From Candidatus Limnocylindrales bacterium (GTDB lineage Bacteria; Chloroflexota; Dormibacteria; CF-121): 64,000 nucleotides of DNA. Position numbers and translations under genes: made by a program. The stretch's first letter is position 1; each line of letters begins with the position of its first letter. Location: contig DASQGL010000007.1 in NCBI GenBank assembly GCA_035632635.1, positions 7,304-71,303 on the forward strand, given 5' to 3'. Shown here piece after piece: positions 40,400 to 47,621 of this stretch. The notes under the pieces are model-generated. The model ran no database searches. It was given only the letters and a program-made list of their open reading frames with translations, and was not told where the DNA came from.

Positions 40400-41751
40400 C
40401 AGGCGAATGCGGCGCCAACCGCGCGGAGCAGGCTGTCGTCCTCACCGGGCAGGACGGTGCGCGGATCGAGCAGGAGGCGGCCGTCCGCGATCCGGGCGAT
40501 CACCGGCGGATCGCCGCGGCGCAGGCGATCCATGGCTCGCGTCAGCCGCGCCCCCGAGGCCGCGACCCGGACCACGTGGGTGGGCAGCGTCTGGCCGGGC
40601 AGGGAACCGCCACCGACCTCCGAGGCGCCCGCGGCCACGTCGACCATGAGCCCGGCGCCCCTGAGCGCCGCCGCCCAGCGTTCGGCACGCTCGGCCAGTT
40701 CCGCAGGAGCGACGCGGAGCATCGCCCAGACCGGCAGGGACGCCTGCGCCCCGGTCAGGTAGAGGTCGAGGGTCGCGGCAAGCGCGGCAAGCGTCATCTT
40801 GTCGACCCGGACGGCACGCGCCAGGGGGTGCGCGATCGCGCGCGCCACCAGCGCCTTAAGGCCGAGCAGGAGCCCGGCCTGCGGCCCCCCGAGCAGCTTG
40901 TCGCCGCTGCAGACGAGCAGGTCGACGCCCGCCTGGAGGCTCGCCGCCACGGTGGGCTCCGAGGGGACGCCGGGCCACCCGGTTTCCTGGAGCGCGCCGC
41001 TGCCGAGATCGTGGAGCAGCAGGATGTCGCGCTCGTGGGCAAGCGCCGCGAGGCTTGCGACCTCGACCGACTCGGTGAACCCGACCACCTGGAAATTGCT
41101 CGTGTGGACCTTGAGGATGGCAGCGGTCCTGCCGCCGATCGCCTGCCGGTAGTCGTCCAACCGGGTCCGGTTCGTGGTGCCGACCTCGACCATGCGGGCG
41201 CCGCTCAACCGCATGATGTCCGGCATGCGAAAGGCGCCCCCGATCTCGATCAGCTCGCCGCGCGAGACGATCACCTCCTTGCCGCGGGCGAGCGCCGCCA
41301 GCATCAGCAGGGTGGCGGCCGCACCGTTGTTGACGACCGCGGCGGCCTCGGCGCCGGTCAGCCGGCAGAGCGCCGCGGTGACCAGGTCGTGGCGGCGCCC
41401 TCGCCGGCCGGTCCCAAGATCCAGCTCCAGGTTCGAGTAGCCGGTCGCGATGGTGGCCGCGGCGGCGGCCGCCTCCGGTGCCAGCGGCGCGCGCCCGAGG
41501 TTCGTGTGCAGGATGACCCCGGTCGCGTTGACGACCCGTCGTAATCGCGGCCTGCGGACGTCCGCGATGATCGCGTCGACCGCGGCCCATCGAGAGGCGG
41601 GATCGGCCGCCTGCCCGCTCTCACGTTCCGCCTGCAACGCGCGCTGGACGGCGTCGAGCACGAGCGCGCGACCATGGCGCCCGATCAGCGCCGCGCCCGC
41701 CTCGGACTCGAGCAGGTCGTGCACGCTGGGCAGGCGGCGCAGGACGTCCAT
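40399..41751 (-). CDS. selA: L-seryl-tRNA(Sec) selenium transferase
   Basis: Contains [16 protein letters not shown] and VVNNGAAA, with the PLP lysine context [13 protein letters not shown]. The stop overlaps the selB ATG (TGATG). Confidence 0.92.
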   Translation of the reverse strand: MDVLRRLPSVHDLLESEAGAALIGRHGRALVLDAVQRALQAERESGQAADPASRWAAVDAIIADVRRPRLRRVVNATGVILHTNLGRAPLAPEAAAAAATIATGYSNLELDLGTGRRGRRHDLVTAALCRLTGAEAAAVVNNGAAATLLMLAALARGKEVIVSRGELIEIGGAFRMPDIMRLSGARMVEVGTTNRTRLDDYRQAIGGRTAAILKVHTSNFQVVGFTESVEVASLAALAHERDILLLHDLGSGALQETGWPGVPSEPTVAASLQAGVDLLVCSGDKLLGGPQAGLLLGLKALVARAIAHPLARAVRVDKMTLAALAATLDLYLTGAQASLPVWAMLRVAPAELAERAERWAAALRGAGLMVDVAAGASEVGGGSLPGQTLPTHVVRVAASGARLTRAMDRLRRGDPPVIARIADGRLLLDPRTVLPGEDDSLLRAVGAAFA

Positions 41752-41757
41752 CGGGCC

Positions 41758-42426
41758 CTAGGGCGCGACGCCCAGGAGGGTCGAGATGGGGATGAAGACG
41801 GCGTTGAACACGGTCGTGAAGACGCCGGGTACCAGGAAGAGGACGAGGAGCAGGCCGAGGCTGATCACCATCCGGTAGGAGTCGATCTGGAAGAAGAGCC
41901 GCGGAAAGCGACGGCGGAACAGGGTGTCGACCAGGTTGTAGCCGTCCAGCGGTGGGACGGGCAGCACGTTGAAGACCGCCAGCAGCACGTTGAGCCGGAA
42001 GGCGACGAAGAGCACCGTGATCAGGATCACGCCGGGCGTCGAGGAGGTGAAGGTCTGGGTGGCAACCGACCCGGTCGGGCTGATCAGGGCCCGAAGCGGG
42101 ATCGACAGGCCGACCGCGACCAGGAGGTTCATGGCGGGCCCGGCCAGCGCGACCAGCGCGGCATCGAAACGATGCCGCATCCGGGACGGGTTGATCCGCA
42201 CCGGGCGCGCCCAGCCGAACCCGATCAGGAAGACGGCGATCGTGCCCAGGGGATCGAGGTGATGACTCGGGTCGAGGGACAGCCGGCCGTCGAGCCGCGG
42301 CGTCTGGTCTCCGCGGGCGACGGCGACCCGGGCGTGCGCCCACTCGTGCAGCACGAGTCCCAACAGCAGACCGGGGATCGCGTACAGCGCGTTGATGATG
42401 AACTGCTGCGGGTCGCTGAAGAGCAC
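41758..42426 (-). CDS. Site-2 protease family (peptidase M50) membrane protein
   Basis: Contains HEWAHA (HExxH) in TM1 and a downstream LNVLLAVFNVLPVPPLDG motif. Confidence 0.85.
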   Translation of the reverse strand: MLFSDPQQFIINALYAIPGLLLGLVLHEWAHARVAVARGDQTPRLDGRLSLDPSHHLDPLGTIAVFLIGFGWARPVRINPSRMRHRFDAALVALAGPAMNLLVAVGLSIPLRALISPTGSVATQTFTSSTPGVILITVLFVAFRLNVLLAVFNVLPVPPLDGYNLVDTLFRRRFPRLFFQIDSYRMVISLGLLLVLFLVPGVFTTVFNAVFIPISTLLGVAP

Positions 42427-42457
42427 GGTCCCTAGTGTAGGGACGGCCGCGGAGGCC

Positions 42458-42493
42458 CCCGAAACGAAAACGGGCTCCGGGTGACCGGAGCCC
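42458..42493 (-). terminator. Intrinsic terminator after the bactofilin gene
   Basis: Minus strand reads GGGCTCCGG-TCAC-CCGGAGCCC (9-bp stem) followed by GTTTTCGTTTCG. Confidence 0.55.
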
Positions 42494-42513
42494 GAGGATG
42501 AAACGCGCGGCGG

Positions 42514-42930
42514 TCAGGCGGCGGCGGGCGCAGCCTCCAGGCCTCGCACGGTCACGGACGACGGCGCGGGCTCCCCGCCCTGCACGGCGCTCTTGCCCCG
42601 CAGGATGCCTCCCTCGTCGATGATCAGCGAGCCGACCACGATGTTGCCGAACACCTTCCCGGTCGCCAGGATTTCGAGGCGGCCGCTGGTCGTGATGTTG
42701 CCGTCGATCGTGCCGGAGACGACCACGTTGCGACCGGTGACGTTGCCCCTGACGCGGCCGTTGTCGCCGACCACGACGTCGCCGTCGGTCGTGAGGTCGC
42801 CGAGCATCTCGCCGTCGAACTTGATGTTGGAGGTCGAAGTCAGCTTGCCTTCGAGCTTGATCTGGTTACTGAGGACGGTTTCGGTCGTGATCGGGGTCAC
42901 TGTCTTGCGGGCGGATCGTTCTTGAAACAC
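42514..42930 (-). CDS. Bactofilin (polymer-forming cytoskeletal protein)
   Basis: GTG 42930 lies behind GGAGG with 6 nt spacing. Repetitive beta-helix windings: G.L.TDGDVVVGDNGRVRGNVTGRNVVVSGTIDGNITTSGRLEILATGKVFGNIV. Confidence 0.85.
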   Translation of the reverse strand: MFQERSARKTVTPITTETVLSNQIKLEGKLTSTSNIKFDGEMLGDLTTDGDVVVGDNGRVRGNVTGRNVVVSGTIDGNITTSGRLEILATGKVFGNIVVGSLIIDEGGILRGKSAVQGGEPAPSSVTVRGLEAAPAAA

Positions 42931-43041
42931 GCATTGCCTCCTGGATGTGGTTGACCTCAGGCAGAAACGCCGTTGCACGACCGTTTCTTGCTCGTTACCG
43001 GAGGCGCGCTCGCCCGGCGGGGCCGGCCGCGGCCGGGGGGG

Positions 43042-43371
43042 TCAGTGGATGAGCTGGGCGCCCCCGATCAGGATCACGACCATGACCAGGCCGGTGATCG
43101 CGATCCGGCGCAGGTCGGAGCGGAAGTAGGGCACCCGGTCGAGCGGGATGGCGGCCGTCTGGGATGAGGCCGGGCCGATCGAGCCGCGAGTGCCCGAGGA
43201 GCGCGCCGGGCGGGCGGCAACGGCCGGCGCCGCAGGCGCGGCCGGGCCGGGCGCGGGGGCCGCGCCGGGGCGGGTCAGCGGCGGGGGCGCGCCCGCCGGG
43301 CGGGCGGGGCCCGGGCCCTGGCGGCCTCGCTGGGGCTTACGCGGTTGCTGGCGCTTGTTCTTGCGTGCCAT
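43042..43371 (-). CDS. Hypothetical basic Pro/Ala-rich protein with a C-terminal TM anchor
   Basis: 109 aa. MARKNKRQQPRKPQRGRQ..., ending in ITGLVMVVILIGGAQLIH. A TAAACT box lies 18 nt upstream of the ATG. Confidence 0.5.
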   Translation of the reverse strand: MARKNKRQQPRKPQRGRQGPGPARPAGAPPPLTRPGAAPAPGPAAPAAPAVAARPARSSGTRGSIGPASSQTAAIPLDRVPYFRSDLRRIAITGLVMVVILIGGAQLIH

Positions 43372-43427
43372 CTCGATCGTGCGCAGGCCAGTTTACCGCC
43401 GCCAGCCACGCAATCGTGGATAACCGC

Positions 43428-43577
43428 TTGACACCACCCACATGCTGTGGTACAAAGTCGCCCGGGTACAACATTTAGCGTCGTACCCGAGCCGCGAGCC
43501 GACAAGGGCCAGATTCCTGCAGCCGTCCTGCCATCGCCGCTGCAATGCCCCTCCTCATCTGGTCCTTGTCGTTTTTA
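43428..43577 (+). ncRNA. Candidate small RNA (promoter + two hairpins + U-tract), antisense-oriented to both flanking genes
   Basis: TTGACA (43428-33), N17, TACAAA (43451-56). Hairpin CGGGTAC/GTACCCG at 43463-89. 14-bp outer stem GACAAGGGCCAGAT/ATCTGGTCCTTGTC (43501-70) enclosing TGCAGC/GCTGCA, followed by GTTTTTA. The local GC content is clearly lower than the surroundings. Confidence 0.3.
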
Positions 43578-43630
43578 TGGGACGGTGACGCTCCTGTGGG
43601 GTCGGGACCCCCGGCGGCCACCCAGCCGGG

Positions 43631-44728
43631 TCAGACGTTGAAGCGAAACAGGCAGACGTCGCCGTCCTGCATGACGTACTCCCGCCCTTCCAGGCGGACC
43701 TTGCCGCGCTCCCGGGCCGCGGCGTAGGAGCCGGCCGCCGCCAGCTCGTCGAAGGAGACGATCTCCGCCTTGATGAACCCGCGTTCGAAGTCCGTGTGGA
43801 TGACGCCGGCCGCCTCGGGCGCCTTCGCGCCGCGGTGAACCGTCCAGGCCCGGACCTCGGGCTCGCCCGCGGTCAGGAAGGTCAGCAGGTCGAGGAGCTG
43901 ATACGCCGCGTGGATGAAGGCGGGCAGCGCCGGCTCGCGCAGGCCCGCATCCTCGAGGAAGGCCTGGGCCTCGTCATCGGGCAGCTCGCGCAGCTCGGCC
44001 TCGAGCCGGGCCGAGAGGACGACCACCTCCGCACCCTCGAGCGCGGCCTCCTTGCGGAGCGCGTCGACCGCGGCGGTCTCCTTGCCGATGTCCGCTTCCG
44101 CGATGTTCGCCACGTAGATCACCGGCTTGGCGGTCAGGAAGGCGAAGCTGCGCAGCAGCTTCTCCTCCTCCGCGCTCAGCGCGAGCGATCGAATTGGCTT
44201 GCCCGCGTCGAGATGCTCGGCGATGCGGTCGAGCACCTGGAGCTCCTCCTGCTCCTTGCTGTTGGGCTTGAATCGCGCGGTGCCGCCGATCTTCTCGCGC
44301 CGTTTGTTGACCACCTCGAGGTCGGCCAGCGCCAGCTCGAGGTTGAGCATCCCCATGTCGGCGAGCGGGTCGACCCGGGCGCCCCCGGCCGGGGCGCTGC
44401 CGTCCTCGAAGCAGCGGACCACGATCGCGATCGCGTCCAGCTCGCGGATGCGGGAGAGGAACTGGTTGCCCATGCCCTCGCCCTTGCTGGCGCCGGCGAC
44501 CAGCCCGGCGACGTCCACGAAGGTCATCGTGGTCGGCGTCACCTTCTTCGGCTTGTACATCGCGTTGAGCACGTCGAGCCGCCGGTCGGGGACGCTGACC
44601 ACGGCCGTGTTCGGCTCGATGGTGGAGAACGCGTAGCTGGCGACCGTCGCGCCGGCGCGGGTGAGCGCGTTGAAGAGCGTGGTCTTGCCCACGTTGGGCA
44701 GCCCGACGATCCCGACGCCTAACGCCAC
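43631..44728 (-). CDS. ychF: Ribosome-binding ATPase YchF (Obg-family)
   Basis: Contains GIVGLPNVGKTTLFNALT and DVAGLV, with the C-terminal TGS-like tail HRGAKAPEAAGVIHTDFERGFI...MQDGDV. Confidence 0.95.
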   Translation of the reverse strand: MALGVGIVGLPNVGKTTLFNALTRAGATVASYAFSTIEPNTAVVSVPDRRLDVLNAMYKPKKVTPTTMTFVDVAGLVAGASKGEGMGNQFLSRIRELDAIAIVVRCFEDGSAPAGGARVDPLADMGMLNLELALADLEVVNKRREKIGGTARFKPNSKEQEELQVLDRIAEHLDAGKPIRSLALSAEEEKLLRSFAFLTAKPVIYVANIAEADIGKETAAVDALRKEAALEGAEVVVLSARLEAELRELPDDEAQAFLEDAGLREPALPAFIHAAYQLLDLLTFLTAGEPEVRAWTVHRGAKAPEAAGVIHTDFERGFIKAEIVSFDELAAAGSYAAARERGKVRLEGREYVMQDGDVCLFRFNV

Positions 44729-44753
44729 GGTGCGACCCGGGTGAGGAGGAACA

Positions 44754-44780
44754 AGGCGGCCTCGATTCTAGAGGCCGCCT
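44754..44780 (-). terminator. GC-rich 10-bp hairpin downstream of the acidic micro-ORF
   Basis: AGGCGGCCTC-gattcta-GAGGCCGCCT. On the minus strand it is followed by TGTTCC, a weak U-tract. Confidence 0.4.
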
Positions 44781-44784
44781 CAGG

Positions 44785-44898
44785 TCAGACGTCCTGCGAG
44801 GTGAAGTCCGGCGTCGGGTCGTCCCAGCGGCGCAGCTCCTCACGGTACTCGTCGTACAGCGCGTCGTCCTGGTTGTCGGGATCGTCGTCGCTGATCAT
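44785..44898 (-). CDS. Unlisted 37-aa acidic micro-ORF (MISDDDPDNQDDALYDEYREELRRWDDPTPDFTSQDV)
   Basis: The ATG at 44898 is preceded by GAGGAGG, which starts right at the ssb stop. The ORF ends just before a hairpin. It is below the 60-aa cutoff of the track. Confidence 0.4.
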   Translation of the reverse strand: MISDDDPDNQDDALYDEYREELRRWDDPTPDFTSQDV

Positions 44899-44908
44899 GG
44901 CCGCCTCC

Positions 44909-45301
44909 TCAGACGCCGGCCGCGACCGGCTCGGCCGGCTCGGCGGGGGCATCCGCGCCATCGGCCGCCGTCTCGGGTCGGGGCCCGATCATCTGCATCT
45001 GGTCGAGGGTCACCTCGGTCGTGTAGCGGCGCAGTCCGTCCTTGCCCTCCCACTCCTTCGTCCGCAGCTTGCCCTCCGTGTAGACGAGCCGGCCTCGCGA
45101 AAGATACTCGCGGCAGATCTCGGCCAGGCGTCCGAAGGCCACCAGCGAGTGGTACTGGACGTCCTCGACGCGGTTGCCGTCGTCGTCGCGGGCGTGCGAG
45201 TTGGTCGCCAGCCGCAGCTTGGCGATGGTGGTGCCTTTGGAGGTCGTCACCATCTCGGGGTCGCGTGTCAACCGTCCAATCAAGATCACCCGGTTCACCA
45301 T
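44909..45301 (-). CDS. ssb: Single-stranded DNA-binding protein
   Basis: ATG 45301 lies behind AAGGAG. OB fold: MVNRVILIGRLTRDPEM...YHSLVAFGRLAE...LVYTEGKLRTKEW. The C-terminus lacks the usual acidic D-D-(D/E)-x-P-F tip. Confidence 0.9.
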   Translation of the reverse strand: MVNRVILIGRLTRDPEMVTTSKGTTIAKLRLATNSHARDDDGNRVEDVQYHSLVAFGRLAEICREYLSRGRLVYTEGKLRTKEWEGKDGLRRYTTEVTLDQMQMIGPRPETAADGADAPAEPAEPVAAGV

Positions 45302-45348
45302 GTCGTGCTTCTCCTTTCTCAAGAGGCTGTGCGATCAGCAGGTTTGGC

Positions 45349-45924
45349 TCAGCCACCACCTCCCTGGCGCGCGGGAGGCAGATACGGCGCCGGATCGACC
45401 GGGACGCCGTGGACGCGCACCTCGAAGTGCAGATGCGGGCCGGTGCTGTTTCCGGAGCTTCCGACCAGCCCGATCGGCTGACCGGACCGGACGGTGTCGC
45501 CGGCCGAGACGAGCGCGACGCTCAGGTGGGCATAAACCGTCGCGAGCTGGCCCAACGCGTCCCGCTCCACGATCACGTAGAGGCCGTACCCCGCCGGGTT
45601 GAAGCCGGCCGAGGCGATCCCGGCATGCGCGGCGAGAACCGGCGTGTGCCAGGGCGCCGCCAGGTCGATGCCGCTGTGGAAGTGGCCGGTGGCGCACTGG
45701 CGGCTGACCGGCTCCAGGGTCAGCGTCGTGCAGCCGAAGGGCTGGGTGACGACCCGAAGCGGCAGGGGATCGACGAGGGGGATGGGACCGGCCGGGGCCA
45801 CGATCGACAGCACCCCGGCCGCGAGCAGCGCGGGGATGAAGACGACGGCGATGCCCGCGATGATCAGCCCGCGACGCCAGCGAAAGGCGAAGAGGAGCAG
45901 CCGCCCGGCCAGCAGGGCGCTCAT
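45349..45924 (-). CDS. Membrane-anchored M23 (LytM-type) peptidoglycan endopeptidase
   Basis: ATG 45924 overlaps the upstream stop (ATGA). N-terminal TM segment. Motifs HFHSGIDLAA and GNSTGPHLHFEV. Confidence 0.85.
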   Translation of the reverse strand: MSALLAGRLLLFAFRWRRGLIIAGIAVVFIPALLAAGVLSIVAPAGPIPLVDPLPLRVVTQPFGCTTLTLEPVSRQCATGHFHSGIDLAAPWHTPVLAAHAGIASAGFNPAGYGLYVIVERDALGQLATVYAHLSVALVSAGDTVRSGQPIGLVGSSGNSTGPHLHFEVRVHGVPVDPAPYLPPARQGGGG

Positions 45925-46817
45925 CCGACCGCCTTGGGCACCCTGGTGGCCGCCTTGTAGGCGTGCTTGGCCGCGGTGACCGCGTAATGCTGGACCCGGC
46001 CCTCCAGGTGCGCCGAGGAACTGAGCACGCCGGGCACCTTGATCACGAGGTAGAGGACGGCGGCGCCGTAGAGGGCGGCAATCGGGTTGCCGTTGAGCTC
46101 GGTCGTGAAGGCGCTGGCGAGGCGCAGGACGAGCACCTGCCCGAACTGCATGAACACCGTCACCATGAAGAGCCGGTTCCAGCCGCGCGCGAAGCTCTTC
46201 GTCTCGGGAAGGACGAGACAGAGCGCGGCGAGCGGCGCGACCGCCAGCAGGATCGTGAGCAGGGCGAACCGCATCACGTAGCTCAGGCCGAGGATCAGCA
46301 TCATGACGACGATCGCGCCGCGGACGGCGAGCTGAAACAGCGGCAGGCCGAACGTCTGCGTCAACGCGAACGTCCAGGGGAAGACCGGACCGTCGACGCC
46401 GGGCAGGCGCGCCGTCCAGACCGCGTGGACCAGCGCGTTGTTGAGGTCGATCGCCATCTGCCCGAAGACGAGCGCGAAGTGGGCCAGCGCGATCGCGGCC
46501 ATGGCGCTGGGCAGCATGGTCTTGAGCCCGTAGCGGGCGCGGATCCCGCGCTCCCACTGGGTGCGCAGGAAGGCATAGGTCAAAAAGAGCACCAGCAGCA
46601 GATCCGCCATCCCGAGCGTGAGGTGGTAGACGCCTTGCAGGGCGGGGTCGTCGGTCAGCGGCCGCGGCGTCAGCGAAGTCACGTCGTGCGTGCTCAGGAG
46701 GTAGGTCTCGACCAGCCCGGAAACGGAGTCGCGGATGTCCGACAGCAGGTGGTCCAGGAATCCCGTGATGAGCGAGGAGAAGACATCGAGGACACCGCCC
46801 GGTCCTGGGCCCGGCAC
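45921..46817 (-). CDS. Polytopic membrane protein, TrbL/VirB6-like (tentative)
   Basis: 298 aa with about 6 TM segments. Architecture and gene context (after a VirB2-like gene, before a cell-wall hydrolase) resemble T4SS VirB6 proteins. There is no motif-level proof. Confidence 0.5.
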   Translation of the reverse strand: MPGPGPGGVLDVFSSLITGFLDHLLSDIRDSVSGLVETYLLSTHDVTSLTPRPLTDDPALQGVYHLTLGMADLLLVLFLTYAFLRTQWERGIRARYGLKTMLPSAMAAIALAHFALVFGQMAIDLNNALVHAVWTARLPGVDGPVFPWTFALTQTFGLPLFQLAVRGAIVVMMLILGLSYVMRFALLTILLAVAPLAALCLVLPETKSFARGWNRLFMVTVFMQFGQVLVLRLASAFTTELNGNPIAALYGAAVLYLVIKVPGVLSSSAHLEGRVQHYAVTAAKHAYKAATRVPKAVG

Positions 46818-46824
46818 GAAGCGG

Positions 46825-47055
46825 CTAGTGGGTGACCGAGTCCGTCAGCACGCGAACCAGCAGCCCGGCCATCTCGACCCCGATCGTGCCGAAGACGATG
46901 CGGCCGATCCAGCGTTTGGCCTCGGTCACGCTGCGGGTGTCGATCGCGACCATCTTCCAGATGAACGCGCAGACGAAGGCCAGCGCGCCGATCGAGCCCG
47001 CCAGGCCCTGCGCGTATCCGGTCCAGACATCGATCAGGTGCTTGAGCTGATCCAT
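46825..47055 (-). CDS. 76-aa two-TM protein, TrbC/VirB2-pilin-like (tentative)
   Basis: ATG 47055 overlaps the upstream stop (TGATG). MDQLKHLIDVWTGYAQGLAGSIGALAFVCAFIWKMV...AKRWIGRIVFGTIGVEMAGLLVRVL follows the helix-TM-loop-TM pattern of VirB2-type pilins. Confidence 0.45.
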   Translation of the reverse strand: MDQLKHLIDVWTGYAQGLAGSIGALAFVCAFIWKMVAIDTRSVTEAKRWIGRIVFGTIGVEMAGLLVRVLTDSVTH

Positions 47056-47417
47056 CAGCGCCGTCCCTCCATGGCGGGCACCACGCGCTGCTCGAGGAAG
47101 CGCTCGACGGTGTGCGTGAGCCGCTGCAGGATGTCCCATTCGGTTTGCAGCTGGGTCCGATCGTCGCGGTTGAACTGCGCCATCCATCCCGGGGTCAGGT
47201 CCGCAGGCGCGGCGACCGCGGTCGCGGCGAGCGACGGCGCGGGCGCCGCGGTGGTCAGTCCGGGAAAGGCGCCGGCTCGCGTCCGGGGCAGGGTGATGGG
47301 CGGCGGCGCCTGGGCGAAGCGATGCGGCTGGAGAAAGAGATGGAGGCCGACGCCGGTGAAGGCGGCCAGCACGGTGACCTCGCCGGTGATGACGACCGTC
47401 TTGAGCGATACGCGCAT
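47055..47417 (-). CDS. Hypothetical single-TM protein with a Pro/Ala linker (first gene of the module)
   Basis: 120 aa. TM segment VVITGEVTVLAAFTGVGLHLFL. C-terminal helical domain WMAQFNRDDRTQLQTEWDILQRLTHTVERFLEQ. Confidence 0.45.
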   Translation of the reverse strand: MRVSLKTVVITGEVTVLAAFTGVGLHLFLQPHRFAQAPPPITLPRTRAGAFPGLTTAAPAPSLAATAVAAPADLTPGWMAQFNRDDRTQLQTEWDILQRLTHTVERFLEQRVVPAMEGRR

Positions 47418-47456
47418 GCGGGGACCTCTGATGACGGGTGGTCGGGGGCAGGTGCC

Positions 47457-47484
47457 ATACTGCCACAGATTTGTATATCTGTCA
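47457..47484 (-). promoter_or_regulatory. Candidate sigma-70-type promoter TTGACA-N16-CAGTAT
   Basis: Minus strand reads TTGACA (47484..47479), a 16-nt AT-rich spacer (gatatacaaatctgtgg), then CAGTAT (47462..47457). It lies about 39 nt upstream of ATG 47417. Confidence 0.35.
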
Positions 47485-47520
47485 AGGCCAGCAACCTTCT
47501 CGGCACCGGCACGCGCGACC

Positions 47521-47556
47521 GGGGCCGGGCTGCCCGAGTCGTGGATCCCCGGCCCC
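47521..47556 (-). terminator. GC-rich 9-bp hairpin after the PocR-GAF-GGDEF gene (no U-tract)
   Basis: GGGGCCGGG, an 18-nt loop, then CCCGGCCCC. Confidence 0.3.
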
Positions 47557-47621
47557 TGCGTCAGGCGTTCTGCTTGCGGGTGTTCCCGTTGTCCCCTTGC
47601 GGGCCGGCCGGCGGCCGTGCC

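Noticed and set aside
43520-43605. A small minus-strand ORF (MRRGIAAAMAGRLQESGPCRLAARVRR, 27 aa) in the ychF-downstream spacer.
   Set aside because: There is no SD sequence or -10-adjacent start. The composition is Arg/Ala-rich and the ORF lies across the predicted hairpin arms. It is probably fortuitous.
38504-43630. Search for a tRNA-Sec (selC) or any tRNA near selA/selB and in the low-GC spacer at 43372-43630.
   Set aside because: I saw no T-loop-like GTTCRANYC box with matching acceptor arms. The spacer folds better as the sRNA-like hairpins reported above. A proper tRNAscan run is still needed.
45349-47484. Interpretation of the VirB2/VirB6-like cluster as an active integrative conjugative element or prophage.
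   Set aside because: No integrase, relaxase, VirB4/VirD4 ATPase, flanking tRNA or direct repeats are visible. There is also no compositional break relative to the neighbours.
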